DNA from: a virus
Reading direction: 5' to 3' (one strand)
IMG/VR virus record: IMGVR_UViG_3300027969_000047
Length of the DNA: 64,000 nucleotides
The notes below the pieces were generated by a model. It was not told where the DNA came from and did not search any database. It saw only the letters and a list, made by a program, of their open reading frames with translations. Position 1 is the stretch's first letter. Every line of letters begins with the position of its first letter. Of the stretch, positions 47,219 to 57,350 are shown piece after piece. The position numbers and the translations under genes are program-made.

Positions 47219-47645
47219 CCTGTATAAATCTTTCCCATGCTATAAAGTCTCGCAGTTGCCATGTACGATTGTTGAGTTCTTTTAAAATAGCGTTACATGA
47301 ATCAACCATTTCTTCGTTGAGTGCTTTCTGAGCAATCACACGATTCATGTCTTCATCGCTTTCTAGATATGTAGATATGTCCGATTTGAGAACAAATGGA
47401 AATGGTTCCCAACCATGCTCTTTCAATTGGTCATCATCCAATTTACCTGTGTAGTATTCCCACTTCAATCTTTTTATTTTGGCTAACTTGAATTCACAAT
47501 TCTTGACTTCAAGTTTACTGTTCGATAGAATACGCAGATACTTGCTATGAAGTTTAGGTATGTTTAAAAGTTCTTTGCCTGGTTCTGTTCTGTCCATGTC
47601 AGAATCTTTGGTCCACATATCTAACAACTCATTCAATTTATTCAT
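47211..47645 (-). CDS. uvsY: Recombination mediator
   Basis: IPKLHSKY, WEYYTGK; synteny. Confidence 0.9.
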   Translation of the reverse strand: MNKLNELLDMWTKDSDMDRTEPGKELLNIPKLHSKYLRILSNSKLEVKNCEFKLAKIKRLKWEYYTGKLDDDQLKEHGWEPFPFVLKSDISTYLESDEDMNRVIAQKALNEEMVDSCNAILKELNNRTWQLRDFIAWERFIQGA

Positions 47646-47680
47646 AATTACCTCAGTAATAGTTACACTAATCTGCAACT

Positions 47681-47708
47681 AGTATAACACAATTTTAAAC
47701 TTTGTCAA
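47681..47708 (-). promoter_or_regulatory. Sigma70-like promoter TTGACA-N16-(TG)TATACT for uvsY
   Basis: Read directly. Confidence 0.6.
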
Positions 47709-48225
47709 TATTAAATACGGTAAATCTGAATGACGCATCGGCAGTAATAACTGCATTGGCATCATCGGTTGTTGACATCATTATAGATGATAGAGTTGTT
47801 GGGAAGCAATCGATAAACTTAATTCTATAAGTTGGATTGTTTTTTGAGTTAAGCAAAGTCAATGATGCATCAGAGTATTGAGGAGTTGATGTGTTAATTG
47901 CATTTGGTGAAAGTTGTCCTAGATTCTTATACTCTTCAAACTTTGTTGGGAATGTCAATGCACGAATCCAATCGTGAATTTCAAACCATGAAATCAAATC
48001 TTCATCTACCAAGAAAGTCACATTGAGTACATCATATATGATTTTCTCTCCAGGTCTGAAGATATCAACAAATGGTGTTGATTGTGGAATTTCTGATAGA
48101 GACACTCCAGGCAAATTCACTGACTGGCAGAAATATTGCATTGCTGGTGCTCTAAGAAATGTCAATAGAAACTTGTTCGATTGGAAGAAGTTTGTATTAT
48201 CGGGGGTTCTGTTAAGTGCTGTCAT
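47695..48225 (-). CDS. 3: Tail tube terminator / tail completion protein
   Basis: YFCQSVNLPG, FLVDED, EIHDW, SDASL, FPTTLS. Confidence 0.85.
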   Translation of the reverse strand: MTALNRTPDNTNFFQSNKFLLTFLRAPAMQYFCQSVNLPGVSLSEIPQSTPFVDIFRPGEKIIYDVLNVTFLVDEDLISWFEIHDWIRALTFPTKFEEYKNLGQLSPNAINTSTPQYSDASLTLLNSKNNPTYRIKFIDCFPTTLSSIMMSTTDDANAVITADASFRFTVFNIDKV

Positions 48226-48230
48226 ATGTG

Positions 48231-48238
48231 TATTTATA
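48231..48238 (-). promoter_or_regulatory. Late promoter TATAAATA for gene 3
   Basis: Exact box 5 nt before the ATG. Confidence 0.8.
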
Positions 48239-48241
48239 AGC

Positions 48242-48269
48242 AAAAAAAAGAGGGACCGAAGTCCCTCTT
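48242..48269 (-). terminator. Intrinsic terminator after the major capsid gene
   Basis: AGAGGGAC-TTCG-GTCCCTCT followed by a T-run. Confidence 0.92.
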
Positions 48270-48300
48270 TCAAATACCACTCTTGAAGGTGGTTTATTAA

Positions 48301-49641
48301 TTACATCAAGTTCGTTACTTTGAATGAACGATAGTAATTGTTGCTTTGTGCTGTCAATGCACCATAGCTTTGAGTGGTACCGTTTGCGAATGGGTTTGCA
48401 ACCAATCCGTAACGAGTTTTGAAACCAATCTTTGGTTGGAATGTTGAAGTATCAACAGCACGAACCATTTGCAATGGAACATATGGGCAGTAGAAAATAC
48501 CAGCATCATATGCGTTAGTACCTTTGTAACCAACAACAGCGAATTCAGAAGAACCAGTTGCTGTGAAATACGGATCGATGTACACTTTGATACGACCGAA
48601 CATAGTACCTGCAAAAGTATTACCTGTATCGTCAACTGTCAAGTTAACTTGAGAGTTCAATGCAGAGTTGTAATCAAGAACACCAGCCATAGCCAATGCA
48701 GATGCTACATCTGAAGAAACGATAAGGATGTTACCTTTACCACGGCGAGTTGTTTTAGCAATCGCATTAGCTTCTCTTTCGATTTGGAAAGTCAAACCTT
48801 TGATTTTTTCAACCATCCAACGACCGTTAGAGTCAGTGTCAAGGTCGAAAGTACCAGTAGTAGTTGTACCAACTTGTGCGCCGATTTTAGAAACGCCATA
48901 GATTGTACGGATAACTTCACGGTTAATTTCAGCAAGAATTTCAGCGGAAAGAATATTTGACAATTCTGTTTCAGCGTCAAGACCATGAACTGCTTTCAAG
49001 TCTTGTGCAAGTTCCATTGTGTATTCTGCTTTCAAAGCACGAGTAAGTGCAGTAACAGTAACTTTCTCAATTGCGAAAGCCATTTCTTTCATTGCATCAG
49101 ATGAACCAAGTGATTCAGCTTGTGTTGTTGTCAAACCACCACCAACTGCCGCATTTTGTACGAAAGTGTTAGTTGTGTTTGCAGTACCAGCAACACCAAG
49201 CGTTACTTGTGTGTCATTTGGATAATCACCAGAGTGAGTAGTGTTAGCTTCGTTGAAGAATGCTTCATCGTTTGTGTTAGCTTGACCAGCATAGCGTGAA
49301 CGCATTGCGAAAATCAAACCTGTTGGGCCTGTCATTGGTTGAACACCGCAGATATCATAGGCGATAAGGTTTGGTAATGAACGGCGAACTAGGCTGATAA
49401 GAATTGGGTCGAAACCTGCAACTGGACCACCTGCGTTTGCACCACCACTGAAACCACCAGCGCCAGCGGCGTTAGCGTGAGTAGCTTCACGAAGAATGTT
49501 ATTTTCTTCGTAGAATGCTTTTTCTTGATTTTCAAGAATAACTGCCGTAACAGCTTTACGATACGGATCTTTAATTGGTGCTAGTTCTGGATGGTCAAGA
49601 ACTGGCGACCATTTTTTGGAAATTTCTTCTGAGAGAAACAT
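48301..49641 (-). CDS. 23: Major capsid protein
   Basis: PNLIAYDICGVQPMTGPTG, RALKAEY, FQPKIGFKTRYG. Confidence 0.98.
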   Translation of the reverse strand: MFLSEEISKKWSPVLDHPELAPIKDPYRKAVTAVILENQEKAFYEENNILREATHANAAGAGGFSGGANAGGPVAGFDPILISLVRRSLPNLIAYDICGVQPMTGPTGLIFAMRSRYAGQANTNDEAFFNEANTTHSGDYPNDTQVTLGVAGTANTTNTFVQNAAVGGGLTTTQAESLGSSDAMKEMAFAIEKVTVTALTRALKAEYTMELAQDLKAVHGLDAETELSNILSAEILAEINREVIRTIYGVSKIGAQVGTTTTGTFDLDTDSNGRWMVEKIKGLTFQIEREANAIAKTTRRGKGNILIVSSDVASALAMAGVLDYNSALNSQVNLTVDDTGNTFAGTMFGRIKVYIDPYFTATGSSEFAVVGYKGTNAYDAGIFYCPYVPLQMVRAVDTSTFQPKIGFKTRYGLVANPFANGTTQSYGALTAQSNNYYRSFKVTNLM

Positions 49642-49658
49642 ATTTTTGCTCCTTGGGT

Positions 49659-50630
49659 TTATTTAGGTAAAGTTTTTGAAATTGCACTTGCGTAAGCGGC
49701 CATACGAGCGTCTTTGATAGCAGGTTTTTCTGAACCATCTTCGACTTGCTCATGCATTTGCGATGCATTGGCTTTCTTCATTCCTGAAGGGAAGTAATTT
49801 TCACGAATCGTTTCAAGTTTTTCTTGGTATTCTTCCTCTGTGGAGAATTCTACGCTCTCTGCAAGCGATTTGATTTTTTCAACTTGAGTAGATGTCAATC
49901 CTTCACACACTGTGCGAACAACATCAATCTTTTTAGCTTCGGTCAATTGCTTCTTGTATTCGATACCACGCTGAATTTCTTCGTTCAACTTGTCTTCAAG
50001 GCTTTCAACTTTCGTTGCCAACTCATCAACAAGGTCAACTTTTTCAGCAGGCACATCGATATAATGCTCTGCAAATAGGTTACGCAATCCACCAATAAAG
50101 TCTTCTACCATTTCGGTACGAAGTCCTTTTTCGATGGCTACTTCATTTTGTTTCATCCACTCTTCTACAATGTAGTCGAGATAGTCGTTAACTTTTTCTG
50201 TCAAATCTGTACGAATAGATTCAACCGCTTCTTCAAGCATAGAAGAATATTCGGCTTCGATTTCTTCTTTAATTGTATTGATTCTGTCAGTAACACGAGC
50301 CTCAAAAATTGTAGAAACTTTTGATTTGAATTCTTCAGAGATGTTTTCATCTCCAAAAATTGCATCAATGTCAGCAGACAAGTCTTCAGCAACCATTTCG
50401 CCATCAACTTCAGCTTCTTCCATTTTAGAAGATGCGGCAGATGGTTTTGTAGTCGGCGCTACTGCTTTAGTACCAGTAGCATTTTTTACATTGCTGTCGG
50501 CGTGCTTTTCAGGTGTATCACCACCCAAGTCTTGAATTTCGCCTTCTGGTTTTTTAGGACTGTCAGATGGTGCAGATTTCTTGCTGTTAGCTAGAATTTC
50601 GGCAGCCGCTTCTAAGAGTTGATTAGCCAT
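49659..50630 (-). CDS. 22: Prohead core scaffold protein
   Basis: Acidic coiled coil, TIFEA, YLDY..EEW; synteny. Confidence 0.93.
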   Translation of the reverse strand: MANQLLEAAAEILANSKKSAPSDSPKKPEGEIQDLGGDTPEKHADSNVKNATGTKAVAPTTKPSAASSKMEEAEVDGEMVAEDLSADIDAIFGDENISEEFKSKVSTIFEARVTDRINTIKEEIEAEYSSMLEEAVESIRTDLTEKVNDYLDYIVEEWMKQNEVAIEKGLRTEMVEDFIGGLRNLFAEHYIDVPAEKVDLVDELATKVESLEDKLNEEIQRGIEYKKQLTEAKKIDVVRTVCEGLTSTQVEKIKSLAESVEFSTEEEYQEKLETIRENYFPSGMKKANASQMHEQVEDGSEKPAIKDARMAAYASAISKTLPK

Positions 50631-50652
50631 TTAAAATCTCCTTATGATTCTT

Positions 50653-50660
50653 TATTTATA
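50653..50660 (-). promoter_or_regulatory. Late promoter TATAAATA for genes 22-23
   Basis: Exact box. Confidence 0.85.
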
Positions 50661-50663
50661 AAA

Positions 50664-51317
50664 TTAAAGTTTTCGTAAAAAATTCTCGAATAGTTGTGCG
50701 GCAACCGTTTCGATATCCTTGCGGGATGCTTTCTGAATTGCGGTTTTTGCTCTGTCAATATCGACTTCTTCAAATCGACCTTCAACAAAAACCCATTCTT
50801 TTCCTTCACGAATTCCATGTACAAAAGCGTCTGGCGCTGATGGGTCTGCTACGATATCGGCCGCTGTTGCAAGACGAAAATCATCTTGTACGACATTGAT
50901 ACCATCATTTCTTTTACGCAATGATCCAAGACCACGAGAAGACACGCCTATACCAGCACCTTCATCAATCAGATTTTTGACGATGTTTCCGTAAGGCGTA
51001 TCCATAATTTTTGCTTTTCCGATAAAATTATTACCTTCAGCTTTCAGACTCTTAATCATGTGTGAAACACGCTCAAGATTGATTGTTGGTGTATCAGGAT
51101 GTCCTAACTCACCATACGCACGATTTTGTTCTACATATTCTTTCACATATCTATTCACTTCATTACCGAGAATATCCATAGAGTACTCTCGCATATTTTT
51201 GTTTGGGCGATTTGCTTGCATGAAAACGCCTTCAATATAGTACCCTTTTTTGCCAGTCTTTTCATCGGCTTCAGTCAAGTACTTTACATTCTCAACATAT
51301 TCTTTAATTAGTTTCAT
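50664..51317 (-). CDS. 21: Prohead protease
   Basis: GELGHP, VSSRGLGS, DIVADPS. Confidence 0.97.
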   Translation of the reverse strand: MKLIKEYVENVKYLTEADEKTGKKGYYIEGVFMQANRPNKNMREYSMDILGNEVNRYVKEYVEQNRAYGELGHPDTPTINLERVSHMIKSLKAEGNNFIGKAKIMDTPYGNIVKNLIDEGAGIGVSSRGLGSLRKRNDGINVVQDDFRLATAADIVADPSAPDAFVHGIREGKEWVFVEGRFEEVDIDRAKTAIQKASRKDIETVAAQLFENFLRKL

Positions 51318-51682
51318 AGTAGACCTGTATCAACTGTGTAAGTAGTGCTTTTTGTGAATTGCATAATAAGTGTTCCATCTGTACCTGAGTTTGTTACATA
51401 GATGTTTGATGTTGATCCATTAGCAAGTGCCACATCATATACAGATAATGGTAAATCGTTTGAGCCAAACAGTGAAAGCAATACTGGACCACTTGCATCA
51501 TTACCACGATAGATTACCCACTTACCATCAGTGGCTGTAATCACATGTGTTAGTGATGCTGAGTTAACGGTCTCAAGCGAACTGTTAGCTGAAAGAGCCG
51601 ACAAGTTAATTCGTGTGGCAGTATTACCAGTAACACGAATAATTGAACGACTTCTTAATGAGTTTAAAATTTCATAAGCCAT
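51314..51682 (-). CDS. Hypothetical (probable structural) protein
   Basis: 122 aa, S/T/N-rich, in the head operon. Confidence 0.65.
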   Translation of the reverse strand: MAYEILNSLRSRSIIRVTGNTATRINLSALSANSSLETVNSASLTHVITATDGKWVIYRGNDASGPVLLSLFGSNDLPLSVYDVALANGSTSNIYVTNSGTDGTLIMQFTKSTTYTVDTGLL

Positions 51683-51683
51683 T

Positions 51684-52109
51684 TTATTTTAGTCCTATTG
51701 CCTTACGGCGGTTCATTGACATTTTTCTTTTAAGTAATGTTCTACGCAACTTAGAGCGGCCTTTTGACCTCCAAAACTTTTTCAAGTTACGAGACTTCTT
51801 CATTCTTGATACGGCAGAGACACGAACAACTTTGTTACCAGAAATTCTGAAACCTTTAATTGCTGACTTTCTCTTATTCTTTTGAATAACCATCTTACCT
51901 TTTTTATCTCTACGAATACGGCGGCGAATCTTAATGATTCTTCCTACCTTCTGTCTGTTAGGATTAAAAGCCTCTGATAGTTCTTCAAAATAATCTGATG
52001 CAATTGTTCTTTTGAGAGCAATCAATTTGCGCTCAAGCATTTCATCTAGTGACGCAAAGATTCTATCTTTTGCATCTTCAAATCGTTGTCTGATGATATC
52101 GTCAATCAT
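51684..52109 (-). CDS. 68: Prohead core protein, gp68-like
   Basis: 141 aa with a very basic C-terminus; position before gene 21. Confidence 0.65.
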   Translation of the reverse strand: MIDDIIRQRFEDAKDRIFASLDEMLERKLIALKRTIASDYFEELSEAFNPNRQKVGRIIKIRRRIRRDKKGKMVIQKNKRKSAIKGFRISGNKVVRVSAVSRMKKSRNLKKFWRSKGRSKLRRTLLKRKMSMNRRKAIGLK

Positions 52110-52861
52110 TTCATTTGTTTGAATGCAAAAGATGAAGCCTTCATCATACCAGCTTTACTTTTGTTGACTAAATCTTCAATCTTTTTCTTATTGTCATCGT
52201 TCAATGCTTTATGAACAGCCATAATTGCTGATGCAGTAAACCCATCAACTGTTGCACTTGAGCCATCATCAAATTTTACTTTTTGATGTTGCTTATCATC
52301 AACAATCTTTTTCAATGCATCAAATGCACTTTCGTAAATGACTTCTTCAGTGGCAATTGCTTGCATACCTGCCATCTGTGCAGTGCTATCAAATTTATTA
52401 GTCTCATCTGGTGTTGAATAAGGCACACTGAAGTAACGACCAATCTTGTCATTGAAGTAAAGTGCAACTCTTGTTCTATTTGGGAAAACACGAATAGCTT
52501 TTCTTTTCAATACCAAGACTGGAGGTGGGTCAACTGGTCTTGCATATGCCTCATCAATAGATTCGGTACTGATTGAGTTTTCAATTTCTTCTTCTTCTTT
52601 AACCGCTTTACGAGCCAAAGAGAAAACTTGTTTGTTATTCGAAAGAACATCAACCATACGGTTAAAGATATTCACAACAATAGCACGGTCAGCACTACTG
52701 AATTGTGGATTTGGTTCTTGCATCTTATCAAGAATTTTATGGATTCTTTGTAACTGTGCCTTATTGGCAAGTCCTGCACGAACCAGTGTGTCGAATTTGG
52801 AGTAGTCAGACTTCTCCTCTTCAACAACAATATCTTCACGAATGTTCTTTAAGAATTTCAT
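52106..52861 (-). CDS. Hypothetical head-operon protein (possible internal protein)
   Basis: 251 aa; MKFLKNIRE leader; several IxE/VxE sites. Confidence 0.65.
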   Translation of the reverse strand: MKFLKNIREDIVVEEEKSDYSKFDTLVRAGLANKAQLQRIHKILDKMQEPNPQFSSADRAIVVNIFNRMVDVLSNNKQVFSLARKAVKEEEEIENSISTESIDEAYARPVDPPPVLVLKRKAIRVFPNRTRVALYFNDKIGRYFSVPYSTPDETNKFDSTAQMAGMQAIATEEVIYESAFDALKKIVDDKQHQKVKFDDGSSATVDGFTASAIMAVHKALNDDNKKKIEDLVNKSKAGMMKASSFAFKQMK

Positions 52862-53028
52862 TCTGTTTCTGTTTCTGTGTCAAACATGGTTGATGCAATA
52901 TCTTGCTTACGAGCATCTAGTGCCGCAATTATTCTTTGCGATAACATATCTTCAATTACTTCTCTTGCTTCTACTTTATCGTCTTGACCGATTAAGTCTA
53001 AAAATTGTCTTGTTTGTTCATTAGCCAC
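52858..53028 (-). CDS. 67: Prohead core protein, gp67-like
   Basis: Small acidic ORF after the portal; GTG start after GGAG. Confidence 0.6.
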   Translation of the reverse strand: MANEQTRQFLDLIGQDDKVEAREVIEDMLSQRIIAALDARKQDIASTMFDTETETE

Positions 53029-53043
53029 GATGTTCTCCAATAA

Positions 53044-54771
53044 TTATTTCTTTGATTTATTTATACCACCTGATAACTTATCTACAGTAGAATCAAGCAT
53101 AGGAGTCATAGATTCTCCATTTGATTCAGTAGAGTTATCAGCAGTATTATCTACACCAGTCAAATCACCCAACTCAGTTCCTTCACCTGGAACTGGCGCT
53201 GGTTGTTCTTGTCCTGGTGGTACAGGTTGACCATTAGGTCCTGATGGTTGTGCTAAGTCAGGAAATAGCTTTTGCTCTTCCTCAATTTGTTTTTGCATCT
53301 CTTCAATCTCATCATCAGATTGTTGAAGAACATTTTTCTTAACCCACTCTAATGAGAAGTACTTACCAATGTATGGGTCAACTGTAGCAACTAAATTTAA
53401 TCTTTCACGCAACAACTCTGCTTCACGCATCTCAGCAAAGTTATTGTCTTTCTTAAAATCATACCAAATAGATTCTTTGATTTCATCCCACTCTTCAGTG
53501 GTGCAGATACCTTTAAGAGATAATTGTACCTTTAAAGCACCATCAAATAACTGACAGAATTTATTACGAAGACGATTTACAAATTTGGCAAACTTAACTT
53601 CATCTCTTGTGACTTCAGTAACACGACCAAGACCAACCATACCTCCAGGTTGTGTATCAAGTCTACCAACTGGCACATTCAATGACTGATATAATTTTCT
53701 TTGAAAGTACTGAACATCTTGCAACTCACCAAGGTTCTGTCCTGCTGGTAATGTTGTAATCTCTGTACCTTTACCACCTTCACGGCGAGGCAACCAAAAA
53801 TCTTCAAGCATCGAAAGATGTTTGCGCTCATCTTTAATCTCACCAGTGTTTGCATCATAAACAAGTTTGTTACGATACTTGACCATGATATCACGAAGAT
53901 ATTGTTCTGCTTTTAATTTTGGTAAGTTACCAACATCGATATAGAACACTCGGCGCTCAGGTGCTCTTGACAATCTGTAAATGACAATAGCATCTTCAGT
54001 CATTCTCAATTGATTCAGTGGTTTGATTGCTTTATGCAAGTAACCAAGAACCATTGTGTTCTTGGCATCCATTAAACCTGAGTTTACATTAATGATTGAG
54101 TCTGGTGCAATACGAATACCAGATGCGCCTGCTGTAGCATTTGCTGTATATCCTTGAGTGGTCATGCCTCTATCATTATAGACATAGTACTCAGTGACAG
54201 ATGTAATTAATTCAGCACCCGTTCTTGGGTCTTTACCTTTTTGAATCTCACGAACTTTTCTAATTTTTCGTGGGTCAATAAATCTTAATTCTTGTATGCC
54301 TTGTTTAGGCTGTTTTTCGTTGACAATAATATGATAGTTAAGTCTACCATCAATATACCAACGGCGATAAATCTCATCTCCAAGATTCGAGAAGTTCAAC
54401 ATGCGTTTAACATTTTGAAACTCTTCTCTAATTTTCTTTTTGATAGATTCAGGCTGTTTCAATTTGTCCATATTGATATCAACGATTTCACCATCGTCAG
54501 TGTCAATAGTAATTGATTCAGTAATAATTTCATCGATGGCCGCTTCACATTCTGCATGAAGAGACATCTCACGATATCGTGTAATTAATTCAAGTTCATT
54601 GCGAACTGAACCTTCGAGGTCCACATAGGTGCCATAATACGCACCAGACTGAACGGTTATAGCGCCGTCTTCAACAGCGGCTTGCGGCATAACGAAAGAA
54701 GACTGCTCAGGTTTTTCGACCTGAGTTACTTCTTTCTTGCCTAGATTGAAACCAAAAAGTTTGATAGCCAT
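53044..54771 (-). CDS. 20: Portal protein
   Basis: WYIDGR, RAPERRVFYIDVGNLP, EDFWLPRREG. Confidence 0.98.
   Translation of the reverse strand: MAIKLFGFNLGKKEVTQVEKPEQSSFVMPQAAVEDGAITVQSGAYYGTYVDLEGSVRNELELITRYREMSLHAECEAAIDEIITESITIDTDDGEIVDINMDKLKQPESIKKKIREEFQNVKRMLNFSNLGDEIYRRWYIDGRLNYHIIVNEKQPKQGIQELRFIDPRKIRKVREIQKGKDPRTGAELITSVTEYYVYNDRGMTTQGYTANATAGASGIRIAPDSIINVNSGLMDAKNTMVLGYLHKAIKPLNQLRMTEDAIVIYRLSRAPERRVFYIDVGNLPKLKAEQYLRDIMVKYRNKLVYDANTGEIKDERKHLSMLEDFWLPRREGGKGTEITTLPAGQNLGELQDVQYFQRKLYQSLNVPVGRLDTQPGGMVGLGRVTEVTRDEVKFAKFVNRLRNKFCQLFDGALKVQLSLKGICTTEEWDEIKESIWYDFKKDNNFAEMREAELLRERLNLVATVDPYIGKYFSLEWVKKNVLQQSDDEIEEMQKQIEEEQKLFPDLAQPSGPNGQPVPPGQEQPAPVPGEGTELGDLTGVDNTADNSTESNGESMTPMLDSTVDKLSGGINKSKK
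53058..53065 (-). promoter_or_regulatory. Late promoter TATAAATA in the 3' end of the portal gene
   Basis: Exact box upstream of the gp67-like gene. Confidence 0.7.
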
Positions 54772-54789
54772 ATCACTCCATTATATAAT

Positions 54790-54822
54790 AAAAAGTAAGG
54801 GAGGGGAAATCCCTCCCTATAC
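54790..54822 (-). terminator. Intrinsic terminator after the tail tube gene
   Basis: AGGGAGGG-ATTTC-CCCTCCCT followed by TACTTTTT. Confidence 0.85.
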
Positions 54823-55368
54823 TTAGTTGATGCCGATTTCGGCGGCTTCCCAATATTGATACGCCATAGATACTGTAAACTCTTCAATTGTATCGTTTGA
54901 TCCCCAATCGACATCGATTTGACTGACATCAGTTGGAAACATTCCGACAAACTTGTATGATTTAATTTCATTTCCTGTTTTACCATACTGTCTTACAACA
55001 GCATCTACACCATAAGATGTAGAAGAGGAAGCGATATTATTTCTCAAGTTAGTAGAGTGTGAATTCAACGCCGCCATCCAACGCTCGAAAGCATTACGGA
55101 TAACGAAGTCTTCATCATTGATAATTGTGATTGTCCAATCAGCAAATGTTCTGTTACCCGCTACTTTAATCTCACGACCAAAATATTGGATAGGCACAGC
55201 ATTAACTGTAGAACCTGGCAAGCCAGCAGTCTTACAAAAGAATGTAAGTTTTTGTGAAGCATTTCCGGGATTAGAGAAAAGAGGGAACTGCATCTCAACT
55301 TGGAATAAGTTAGGACGAGCGCCATCTCCTTGCATCTGAGAGCGGAATTCATAGACATTAAAAGCCAT
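54823..55368 (-). CDS. 19: Tail tube protein
   Basis: GARPNLF, LPGS, GNRTFADW, IEEFTV. Confidence 0.96.
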   Translation of the reverse strand: MAFNVYEFRSQMQGDGARPNLFQVEMQFPLFSNPGNASQKLTFFCKTAGLPGSTVNAVPIQYFGREIKVAGNRTFADWTITIINDEDFVIRNAFERWMAALNSHSTNLRNNIASSSTSYGVDAVVRQYGKTGNEIKSYKFVGMFPTDVSQIDVDWGSNDTIEEFTVSMAYQYWEAAEIGIN

Positions 55369-55395
55369 TTAATTTTCTCCTGTTCTCTTTATTTA

Positions 55396-57288
55396 TTAGA
55401 ATTTACCAACAACTTCATCGAATGCAACACCAGTTCTAACTGCAACGAAGTTCAGTTGAATGAAATTGATTGAACGAGCAGGTTTGATATAAATGTCACC
55501 AATAAATTCATTACGGTCAATTACTTCACCAGTGTTATTTGTCTCATCGCAAACAACACGATAATCGTAAATACCACGGCGACCTCTTACATCACGCAAG
55601 AATGGTTCGACTAGTGCTACGAATTGGGCACGAGTAAATTCGTCATTAAATTCAAACAATGAAAACTTGGCTGCTTTTGCAATTGCTTTTTCAAGAACAA
55701 TAAACAAACGGCGAACATTGATTCTGTCGAATGCAGATGGTTTAGCTAACATTGTCTTATCACCGAAAAGGATTGTACCTTCACCAGGGAATGTAACGAC
55801 AGGGTTAATACCAATCTTGTACAACTCATCACGCTCTGCTTTGGTTGGATTGAAAGAAAGTTTAATAACATTCTTAATTTGACCACGATTGAAACCAGCT
55901 GGTGAGAACCATGGGTCACGCTCAGTGTCTGTTCTTACACACAATCCTGCTGTGTCACCGTTCATAGGAACATAACGGTATACATCGTTGTATTTGTCGT
56001 ATTGATATTTCCATGCTGAGTCTATGACTGCGTATGAAGATGATGTTAACAAATTACGGAATGTAGTAATGTTTGCTCTTTCGCTACCTGCTTGGTCAAC
56101 AACATCAGTGCGGCGTGGTGATAAGAATACTAAGCAGTCTTTACGAGACTCAATAGTACTAATCAAGTCTGTTGCAACAGTTTGGGAAGTAGCACCACCT
56201 AAAACCAATGAAATGTCAACAATTTCTGGGTCTGCAAAAAAATCATAACCTCTGATAAGGTCATCATCACCAGGAGTTTCATATAAACCACCAGCTAGAG
56301 ATGAACTCACTGGAGTATTAATGTTAGTATAAGTTATACCTAGTGCGGCTGAACCCCAATTGGTACCACCTGAAGTGTGGTCACCCCAATAAATGTATTT
56401 GGATTTATTGAAAAGAACACGAGGATAGTAGCTTGATGAACCGCTATCGCTCTTAGCATCAGATGCTTTAGAAAGATATGCATATTTTTCAAGAACTGTG
56501 TTTGCTGAACCTGTTAGTTGACCGTCTTCATCGATAACGATAATGTGCATTTCATCTTTACTACCACCTTTATCAGCGACAAAAGTAGAAGTTCCTGGTG
56601 CACCATCAAAGTTATCAGCATATTGCCACTTACGAAGAACTGATGCTCCAGCAGAAACTGCTGTTGTCAATGCTGTTGCGAGTGTAACAACTGTTGTAGA
56701 AATTTGAGCAACACGGATATATGTTGTACCGCCATCTACAGAGATGAAGTCGTTGTTTGCAATCCATGTGGCACCGCTTGAACTAAGGTTAATAGTTGTG
56801 TTACCAACGATAGATGCGTTTGATGTGATAGATGCTAGTGAGGTCAAGTTTCCAGAAAATGCATTTGCACTTGGGCAAATAGAAATTCTCAATGAATCAC
56901 CTAAAGGGCCAGCATATCTAGCGGCGAAATCGCCGAATGTGCCTTGTCCGTTAAAATAGTTCTCTTCGTATTTTTCTTCATTCTTAATATAAATTCCATT
57001 CCCGCCTGTTGTAGCGTTGTTTGAATTTGTATTAGCGGCACGAACAATACGAAGATTGTTTCCATACGCCAAAAAGTTGGCAGCCGTAAAAAATGATGTG
57101 GCAGTATTTGCATCCGGTTTACCGAAGATTTCAACGAGTTTTACTTCGCTGTCAACAAGAATCCTAGTGTCAATAGGTCCCCATTGAAATGCTCCAGAAA
57201 ACGCACCTTGAGTTGTCCCAACAGCAGGAACTACTGTTGTTAAGTCAATCTCTGATACATTTACGCCTGGACTTAGTTGAAAGGCCAT
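55396..57288 (-). CDS. 18: Tail sheath protein
   Basis: SPGV..EIDLT, WFSPAG, RINVRRLF, KPARSINFI. Confidence 0.98.
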   Translation of the reverse strand: MAFQLSPGVNVSEIDLTTVVPAVGTTQGAFSGAFQWGPIDTRILVDSEVKLVEIFGKPDANTATSFFTAANFLAYGNNLRIVRAANTNSNNATTGGNGIYIKNEEKYEENYFNGQGTFGDFAARYAGPLGDSLRISICPSANAFSGNLTSLASITSNASIVGNTTINLSSSGATWIANNDFISVDGGTTYIRVAQISTTVVTLATALTTAVSAGASVLRKWQYADNFDGAPGTSTFVADKGGSKDEMHIIVIDEDGQLTGSANTVLEKYAYLSKASDAKSDSGSSSYYPRVLFNKSKYIYWGDHTSGGTNWGSAALGITYTNINTPVSSSLAGGLYETPGDDDLIRGYDFFADPEIVDISLVLGGATSQTVATDLISTIESRKDCLVFLSPRRTDVVDQAGSERANITTFRNLLTSSSYAVIDSAWKYQYDKYNDVYRYVPMNGDTAGLCVRTDTERDPWFSPAGFNRGQIKNVIKLSFNPTKAERDELYKIGINPVVTFPGEGTILFGDKTMLAKPSAFDRINVRRLFIVLEKAIAKAAKFSLFEFNDEFTRAQFVALVEPFLRDVRGRRGIYDYRVVCDETNNTGEVIDRNEFIGDIYIKPARSINFIQLNFVAVRTGVAFDEVVGKF

Positions 57289-57339
57289 GTTTTGTCTCCT
57301 TTAAAATTCTTAGTCTGGCTTAAAATTCCAATTACTGTT

Positions 57340-57347
57340 TATTTATA
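57340..57347 (-). promoter_or_regulatory. Late promoter TATAAATA for genes 18-19
   Basis: Exact box. Confidence 0.85.
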
Positions 57348-57350
57348 GTT